Shown here piece by piece: positions 57,601-64,000 of a DNA stretch of 64,000 bases. The position numbers were made by a program, and so were the translations under genes. How positions within the stretch are numbered: the first letter of the stretch is position 1; each line of letters starts with the position of its first letter. Location: positions 17,236,995 to 17,300,994 of the forward strand of contig OZ037765.1 in assembly GCA_964035545.1 (NCBI GenBank). The letters are read 5' to 3'. Below the pieces are notes generated by a model. The model was not told the DNA's origin. It saw nothing but the letters and a program-made list of their open reading frames with translations, and searched no databases. This stretch comes from Bugula neritina (taxonomy: Eukaryota; Animalia; Bryozoa).

Positions 57601-58240
57601 TAATGATGTTAGGGTGTTGGAGCTCTTGCAGTAGTTTAATTTCTCTGAGTGCAGTTCTGTTTATCCCATCGGCTGCTTCTGATTGCCTTCCTAACTTGAT
57701 CTAGAAAATTTCAATTACAACCTACACTTTACAAAACTTGTAATTACACCATAGAAAAACCTTAAACGAGTACATTAACAGCACATCAACTGTAACACAG
57801 TAGTTACCTTTTTAACTGCAACTATGGCATCATTATCTTCCAAATCCTTAGCTTTGTAAACTGTAGCAAACTGTAATAAAGAATCAGCTGATAAAACTAT
57901 GGTAAAAGTTCAATGTAAAACTATATAAAAGTCAGCATAATTATAAGAGTTATTGGTGATTAAAAACAATGCTGTTCACTAAATTTAATACACAATGCTT
58001 AGGTAAACAACTATTAAAAAAATAACAAGCAAAGAGTCTTGTCACCATAGAAATAATTTTTTCATCACTATCTTCGAACACTAGAACATTTTCATCAGGT
58101 AGACATTCTACATGTAGATAGTTTCAAAATTCAAATTGGATAAAAACTCTTTTTAGAGTATATAGTTAAAAAATTCAAACCTGGCCTTCTCCAAGAAATT
58201 CTATTTTCTCATATCTCTTGTTAGACTGACTAGATTCCAT
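42667..58240 (-). CDS. CDK7: Cyclin-dependent kinase 7 (CAK / TFIIH kinase subunit), 346 aa
   Basis: Exons in transcription order: 58181-58240, 57808-57870, 57599-57700, 56782-56850, 55871-55981, 55019-55146, 50860-51037, 47846-47995, 46673-46820, 42667-42698 (TAA); 1041 nt. CDK7 signature [58 protein letters not shown] (S164/T170 equivalents), C-terminus IKKFLKF. Confidence 0.97.
44110..44520 (-). mobile_element. Possible highly decayed LINE reverse-transcriptase fragment
   Basis: On the minus strand, remnants resembling RT motifs occur in the expected order: NQ(A)GF-like (~44510), TVN (~44395), *GCLLS (44256-44273, cf. QGCxLSP), IFFTD (~44130, cf. LFADD). Many stops and frameshifts. Confidence 0.3.
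44539..44596. repeat. Perfect 26-bp inverted repeat with 6-nt loop
   Basis: ATGAAAAGATTCATAAACTCATTAGA-accatg-TCTAATGAGTTTATGAATCTTTTCAT. Confidence 0.95.
45642..46244. repeat. 24-bp minisatellite (TACTATATACTCTACAGGGAGGTC)n, ~25 units
   Basis: Directly visible in the last CDK7 intron; source of five overlapping repetitive ORFs. Confidence 0.97.
53565..53922. repeat. Degenerate 11-bp minisatellite (CCATGCTGATA / CTATACTGATA)n
   Basis: Directly visible periodicity in a CDK7 intron. Confidence 0.92.
54730..54980. repeat. Degenerate (ACT)n-type trinucleotide low-complexity tract
   Basis: Directly visible; gives the poly-Thr and poly-Ser ORFs. Confidence 0.88.
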
Positions 58241-59427
58241 TTCTGAAAACAAAGAGTGAAAATATTTGGAAATAGATGGTTGCTAAAATTGAGATATTCT
58301 TTTGAATTAAAACTTAAAACATAAAAAAACCAACAATGAATTTTGAGTACTCTTTTATTCAATTTAAACTTAATTTCTACTCTTGGCAATTGTGTTTAAA
58401 AGATGTACACAGACACAGTATCATTTAAAGGTATCATTAGAATATCTTGACAGATTTTTCAGTAATCAATTTAGTGTAGATGCAAAAGTTAATGATTAGG
58501 AACTTCCTTCAAGTATGGGGACTTATAGACACCAGGTAAGTATAGTATATAGTTAGGAAACATACAAAGTAATAGAGGTTTTGAGTCAATTTAAATAATT
58601 GTGTTACAAACTTGAGTGAGGAGGTAATTAAAAAGTTTAGAACTAACTCATACTCAACAAGGTATATGCTCTATAAATGGCATGCATTTTAATTAAACCA
58701 TTTACACATTAGCCAAAGTTAAAAGACATTGGTCAGTAAAGTACAAATTGTTATATGTGAGGTTAGATGCCTGTTGCAGGATCAATTTTGCATTAAATAT
58801 AGCCAACACTTTACATGACATAAATTCTGCTGATGAAACGATGAAAAAAATGTCAAAAGTTGGTGCTTGGGCCAATGACAAAAGATTGAAAAATTGATAG
58901 TTCAAAACTGATACTGGAGATAAAAAAGGGTTAGCGGAAAACAGTTAAATCATATAGTGCCTATTCAAAATCATCTTTTGTAACCCTATAATAAAGTTGT
59001 ATAATTATTTGGATATAAATAAACCCAACACAAATGAAGAAATAATAAATGTTCAGTCTAGCCACATATCACATGTGAAGATGTCGACACCAACAGTTTT
59101 ACTGTAAAATGAAATGAGAGACATATTTCACTGTTAGCGTTTTTAGACCTCATTGATATTTAGTTTAATATCCATATTAATATGTGGTTCTGGTTCAAAC
59201 TGATACTCAATAAACTGTCTTTGTATATTGTATAGGTTGCAACATCAAAATAATAAAGTTTTTTTTATTTAGTTGTCCAGTTCTAATATTGTAAACATAA
59301 GACTAAGCATTGCAACTATGAGTTATTCCATTAATGAAATGACCTCATCCCTTTAGCTGTTAGCCTGATGTATAGCTATAGCTATCACTATAAATATAAG
59401 TGTAATTATGAACATAAACCTAGCCTA

Positions 59428-61433
59428 ACCGTAACCAGTGGGAGAATATGGACATACTGGTAAAAAAAGTGCTAATACGAATATTTTGTTTAGAGAGAGA
59501 GAGAGTCAGGCAAACTAAGCTTTTATTGCTGCAACATGTTGTTCATTTATATGCTAGAAGATTTTATCATGGAAGTAAATAGTTTTTTATGTGCAACACA
59601 TTTTGTAATTTGAGCAGGCGGTCCATTTTTCCCTTTGCGATGGGGTAATATGGACATCGGAAACAACAGGTATATTCACTTATTTAAAACGTTCAGTTGG
59701 ACATTTCTGATGGTTTTATTTAAATTAAGCAACAATCTAATTGTACCCATAACATATTATTGCAAACTAGTACCTATATTATTCAAAATGGTGTATATTT
59801 ATATATTAAGATTGTAGTCGTCTTCTGGTCTTTGGCCGACTTTCAATGATAGAAGTAGAAGGCTGCTGGTCACCCACAGCGTCATTTGGTTTCTGGGAAG
59901 TTGCTGTCAATATAGTCGACTTTTGGCGTCTTCTTTTAATGGCATTGACACTTCGGGGTGAAGCTTTTGGCAGAGGTGGAAGTGGCATAGAGTTTGCATG
60001 CATCTCTGCAGAGCTGCTTAGCCGATTTGTGACACTGCATGACATAAAATTATCAGCTTCAAAAACTTCGCTATTAAAAGGATATATTTCTGTTGCCAGA
60101 AAACCTTTTGCAATGTTTGTTGGTGACATTGCTTTCATGTATGCTTTGCCACTACATTCTGCAACATTATACATGGAGAATGTCTTTCCAGGGTTTGACA
60201 GCATCCAACCATCAAGAAATGTGTTATAATATTTTTAAATGAACTAAAACACTAACATCTAGTGGTTGTAATTTATGGCTACAATACGAGGGAATGTAAT
60301 GGTGGTTATGTTATTATATTTTGCTAATTCTATAGTTTCCAAAGTGGCGTGGCTGGCATGGTTGTCTAGGAGCAGTAGCTTTGGTTTTTCTGCCGTACCA
60401 CTGAAATGACTGATAAAATGTTTTAATACTTGAGGAAACAGCTCATTAGTCATTCAGCCACTAGGGTTTGCAAATCCCTTCAATCTAGTTGGAGCTCTGA
60501 CCATTATGTTATTCTTAAAGTTCACTCTAGGGAAAATATATGCGGGAGAGAAACTTTGACCTGATGCAATCACACAGGTTATGGTTATGGTCATTTCACG
60601 GTTAGCACTTGTCACTTGTCCCAGCTGTTTAACGCCTTTTTGGGTTAAAACCCTTTGAGTTCGCTGAACAGTTGAATTTGAAGTTTCATCTAAATTGTAT
60701 ATGCTGTCAGGAGTAAACTTGTAGACTTAAGGACATGTTCCAAGTTAGTGAAAACTTCTGAAACTGTCGTTCTGTTGAAAGCAGATGCTCTGCCTAGACT
60801 GGTCGTTTCTGGAGTTCGAAGATTCACCGCACCATTACACTTTCTGAAGCCTTCTAGCCAATCTTTGCCTGCTATTTTCTCTGCATGCCAAGATTCAGGA
60901 ATTGTTTCTTTTAGTAAATTGATAGCGTAGCTATATGCTAGCTAGCTCTTTTTTTTTGTAAACCTAGCCCATGAAACATTTTAGAAAAATCTATGATATA
61001 TTCTGCCAGCTTTGATTCCTCTCCTGCCGTTAACACTGCCTTCCGACCTAGTGCTGACTTTTTTATTTTTCCACTTTGAGCTTCCTACCTAAGAAAAGTT
61101 GTGCGTGGAATCCCATATTTGGCAACAGATCCACGATGGCTGAGTTCTCTTTTAATGTATTTAAAGCTGTCTGAAGCTGTGTTGCAGTAAATTTGGATCT
61201 CTCAATTTTTCGTTAATAATTTCTTGGCATTTTTGTTTTAAACCCTTCGAAACAGAGTAAATACATGCAGGTTTCATCATGAAATAATACTTTTTTAATG
61301 TTTTAAATTGTGTTGATTTCTACATTTAATGACTTAGAAATGTATAATAACCTGTCAGATAGAACATTTAGAGTTGGGGTAATATTGACCACTGGTCCAT
61401 ATTACCCCACTTGAAGTGGTCCATTTTACCCCT
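59428..61433 (-). mobile_element. Decayed pogo/Tigger-like (DDE_1) DNA transposon
   Basis: Transposase remnant on the minus strand. The repeated motif GGGGTAATATGGAC (or a variant) flanks it on both sides (59439, 59620 rc, 59641, 61375, 61393 rc, 61417 rc). Putative terminus ACCGTAACC at 59428; the opposite terminus was not found. Confidence 0.85.
59806..61230 (-). pseudogene. Pogo/Tigger-family DDE_1 transposase pseudogene
   Basis: Starts MPRNY*RK at 61230. Motifs IYNLDET, NPSG*MTNELF, LLLLDNHASH, HCSHKLQPLDVSVF, KGFLATEIYPFN. Interrupted by stops and frameshifts. Confidence 0.9.
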
Positions 61434-61542
61434 TTAGCTATAAAAGGAGAAAATTTAAAACTTTCAAAAGTTTCAAATATTGTCTTCTCCAGCTTATGCA
61501 TATTACTTTCACACATTCTGAATTGCTGTTGTGGAAAATGTT

Positions 61543-62400
61543 AAACTTATGAGATGATATACAGCAAAGGAGCCCACGCTAGCGATTAGTTACAAGAGTC
61601 TTCGAGAGAGGTTATGCAAGGAGTTTGTTGACTTAAGCAAACTAGTGTGGAATATAAAAATGGGAAAGAAGAGTGTACTAGAATATTATGGCGAATTTAT
61701 GGAAGTTGCAAACACCCAATGGCCTGACCTCTCCCTTGAACATAATGATAGCGTGCTAGTATCTGCTTTTATTATTGGTCTACGACCAGGATTGAAGAGC
61801 AACCTCCTTTCTAAAAACCCCACAACTGTAGAAAGTGCTAGGAAACTTGCACTTAAACAAGAAAATGTAGAACATCAGATGGGAGATGACACCCAGAGAA
61901 TAGTGGCAACGGTCAACTTATCTGACTCAGTTGAAAAGCTAGAAAAAGAGGTAGAATGGTTGAAAACTTTAGTGAACAGCCAACCTAAAGAGCAACGGCA
62001 GCCCCAATACCAACAGCACCAACAACAGAGTCAAGGGTTTTGAATGAGAAATGTCAGAGGTAGAAGTGGTGGATGGAGAGGAATAACAAACCGGGGAAGA
62101 GGACGAGGTGGATACTTCAACCAGGGGAAGCCTCAACCCTACTACCAATCTTCTCCCTTTGAATGAGAAATGTCAGAGGTAGAAGTGGTGGATGGAGAGG
62201 AATAACAAACCGGGGAAGAGGACGAGGTGGATACTTCAACCAGGGGAAGCCTCAACCCTACTACCAATCTTCTCCCCGGTACCCTCATCCACCACCACAA
62301 CTTCCTTCCTGCCCACCTCAACCACCCTCTCACCAGCAACCACAATGTAATCAGTGCTCTGGTCAACAGAGCAAAACCAAAGATTACAGTGGGACGCGAC
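61543..62400 (+). pseudogene. Gag (capsid C-terminal domain plus nucleocapsid-like region), disrupted
   Basis: MHR-like SVLEYYGEF and FIIGLR...NPTTVESARKLA pattern typical of Ty3/gypsy capsids, then a coiled coil, RG-rich tract and degenerate CxxC knuckle. Stops at 61555 and 62041; a 119-bp duplication shifts the frame. Confidence 0.75.
62039..62276 (+). repeat. Exact 119-bp tandem duplication (62039-62157 = 62158-62276)
   Basis: The two copies read identically base by base. Confidence 0.96.
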
Positions 62401-62699
62401 CCATCAATGCGATTGAGAGCCTAGAGGGTGATAAATTTGCCGAGGCACTTCTGACTCAGCCTCCTCGAGATAAGATAACTGATGAATCAGTGAATTCAAT
62501 TCAAACCTTTCCAAATGAATTCCTCTCTGACAGGAAACCCAGAGGAAAAAGAAGCAGCGAACGGGGGACTGGTTTGTCAACAATACAAACCTACATGTTG
62601 GCACTAGTGGCAATGTGTATGCTGAGCAGTAGAACCGCAGCCACTGCACCAGTAAAAGGCACAGCTTTCCTGGGACCAGTGTTGGCCAGTCAGAGTCTC

Positions 62700-64000
62700 A
62701 CCAGCATATTATCTGTGTTAGTGTTGACAACAGTAGTGAATGCATTGTCCAACACGCCGGTTTTTAACACTACACAGAAGGCACAGCCACAGTATGCCAG
62801 GTATCCTTTGGTGTATAGTTCCAGTGAAGTGAGGCGACCATCTATTTATCAATTGAATCATGACTTCCAATGTGATCCGACTCCAAGACCCAATAGTACT
62901 CATGTGCCAACCCCTGTGAAGGCTATGGTTTACAGAAAAAATGTAGCGGAATGGCGTACAGCAGCATACCAATGCACTAAAATGCTGTACACCATCTCCA
63001 CACAGATATCACTTTTTACGGACGTGAAAACTAAGAAGGAATCTCACCGGTCACTGCCAGTTAGCCGCAGCAAATGTGAAGATATGGTACTAGAGAAAAG
63101 ATGCAATGAAGGTGCCCTATCTGGAAGTGATAGTGTATACACTACAAAAAACAAAGCTGCAAGATTAGCTTATGTTTGGTGCTGCAAGTGGATTGACTTT
63201 GAAGTGAAACAATGCAGTTATATTACAGCTTCGGTATACAAGACATTTGAGAAAAGTTCTTTTGAAAGCACCGCAGGCGACGTTTCTCATTGCAACTCAT
63301 ACTCTGATGGCTACTGCAAACTCAGAGATCAATCTATGCTGATATGGGAAACAGAACGAGAAGCTAATTGTCCATACAAAAAGTGGTATGAAGTTGAAGG
63401 AAGTTTCCTTGATGGCTATTTTGTTAGTAATCAAGAAGACTTGACTAACATTCCGCAAGAACTCCTTTGGAAATATTACCACTTGTGACGGCAAGTCCGG
63501 CACAATGTCGGACCAAGGTTTGCTTGTCGTTTTTAATACTTCAGACCTGTTCAACACCACTCTAACGCAACATGTTGAAAATGCTCCTGGATTAGAATGG
63601 GACAGCAGGGATCGTTTGAGTTCAGCATAGGCTGTAATTGACGTTACAGCTCAGTCCCTAGAAGTACAGATTCTTGGAATCGAATCGAAACTGTATTGGA
63701 CATCTTATCAATATACCTGTAAAAACATAGTTCAAGTCCTCAAAACCGTAGCCCTACTCGCAGAGCAGCATGCGACGAGTACAGCCAGATACTTACTAGG
63801 GGTAAGCAATATCCGTCCGAGTCTGGTCCTGGGTTTCTGAAGATTTACCCATGTGCGGAAATAAAAAGCTACAAAATGCTCCCTATGCCAGAGAATAACT
63901 GCACCATGTTTATTCCAGTAGAATTGGACTTAGTGGGGAAACGCACACTGGTTTCATAGATCCAATGGGTAACATTATTCACACACAAAGTGCACAAGCA
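62700..64000 (+). pseudogene. Class III viral fusion glycoprotein-like env, disrupted and 3'-partial
   Basis: AYQCTK...SLF...LPVSRSKCEDMV...YVWCC...HC.SYSDGYC....SMLIW. After frameshifts: SDQGLLV, TSTARYLLG, LKIYPC, NCTMFIPV, GFIDP. Frameshift near 63445, stop at 63628, further shifts near 63815 and 63945. Confidence 0.7.

Larger units (their letters stand above)
61543..64000 (+). mobile_element. Decayed LTR-retroelement internal region: Ty3/gypsy-like gag followed directly by a class III fusion-glycoprotein (env-like) gene; runs off the window end
   Basis: Higher GC than the flanks and intronless. Gag-like reading from ~61543 (R*Y...SYKSLRERLCKEF...SVLEYYGEF...SAFIIGLRPGLKSNLLSKNPTTVESARKLALKQE), then RG- and P-rich tracts, hydrophobic segments and a Cys-rich glycoprotein ectodomain. 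No LTR seen on the 5' side. Confidence 0.75.

Noticed and set aside
58700-58930. Weak resemblance to the end of a LINE RT domain (LLYV...KVGAWANDKRLK)
   Set aside because: The catalytic DD is absent and the segment is short and frameshifted; not supportable without a profile search.
62163-63488. 441-aa ORF as an intact, domesticated env gene
   Set aside because: Its start arises from the 119-bp duplication and its end from a frameshift. Glycoprotein similarity continues in other frames with a stop at 63628, indicating decay rather than domestication.

Overview
AT-rich, intron-rich animal genomic DNA, most likely an invertebrate; the species cannot be determined from the sequence. Exon structures below were spliced and translated by hand. 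In order: (1) the 3' part of a NUP88 nucleoporin gene (+, 13 exons visible, stop at 8179); (2) three tandem, divergent two-pore-domain K+ channel (K2P/TWiK-like) genes (+, 8788-29907); (3) a secreted protein with an IGFBP N-terminal domain and an unrecognised 16-Cys C-terminal module (+, 33385-40979); (4) a complete 10-exon CDK7 gene (-, 42667-58240, 346 aa); (5) a decayed pogo/Tigger-type (DDE_1) DNA transposon (-, ~59428-61433); (6) a decayed retroelement running off the window end. In this last element a Ty3/gypsy-type Gag appears to run directly into a class III viral fusion glycoprotein (rhabdovirus-G-like N-terminal part, gB/chuvirus-like C-terminal part) with no protease, RT or integrase between them. 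It is the most unusual feature of the window. Introns carry several minisatellites, hairpins and a probable MITE. Other points of interest: two GC-AG introns, an apparent 7-nt intron slide in the third K2P gene, loss of hinge glycines and an unusual cap cysteine pair in the K2P cluster, and a Met gatekeeper in CDK7.
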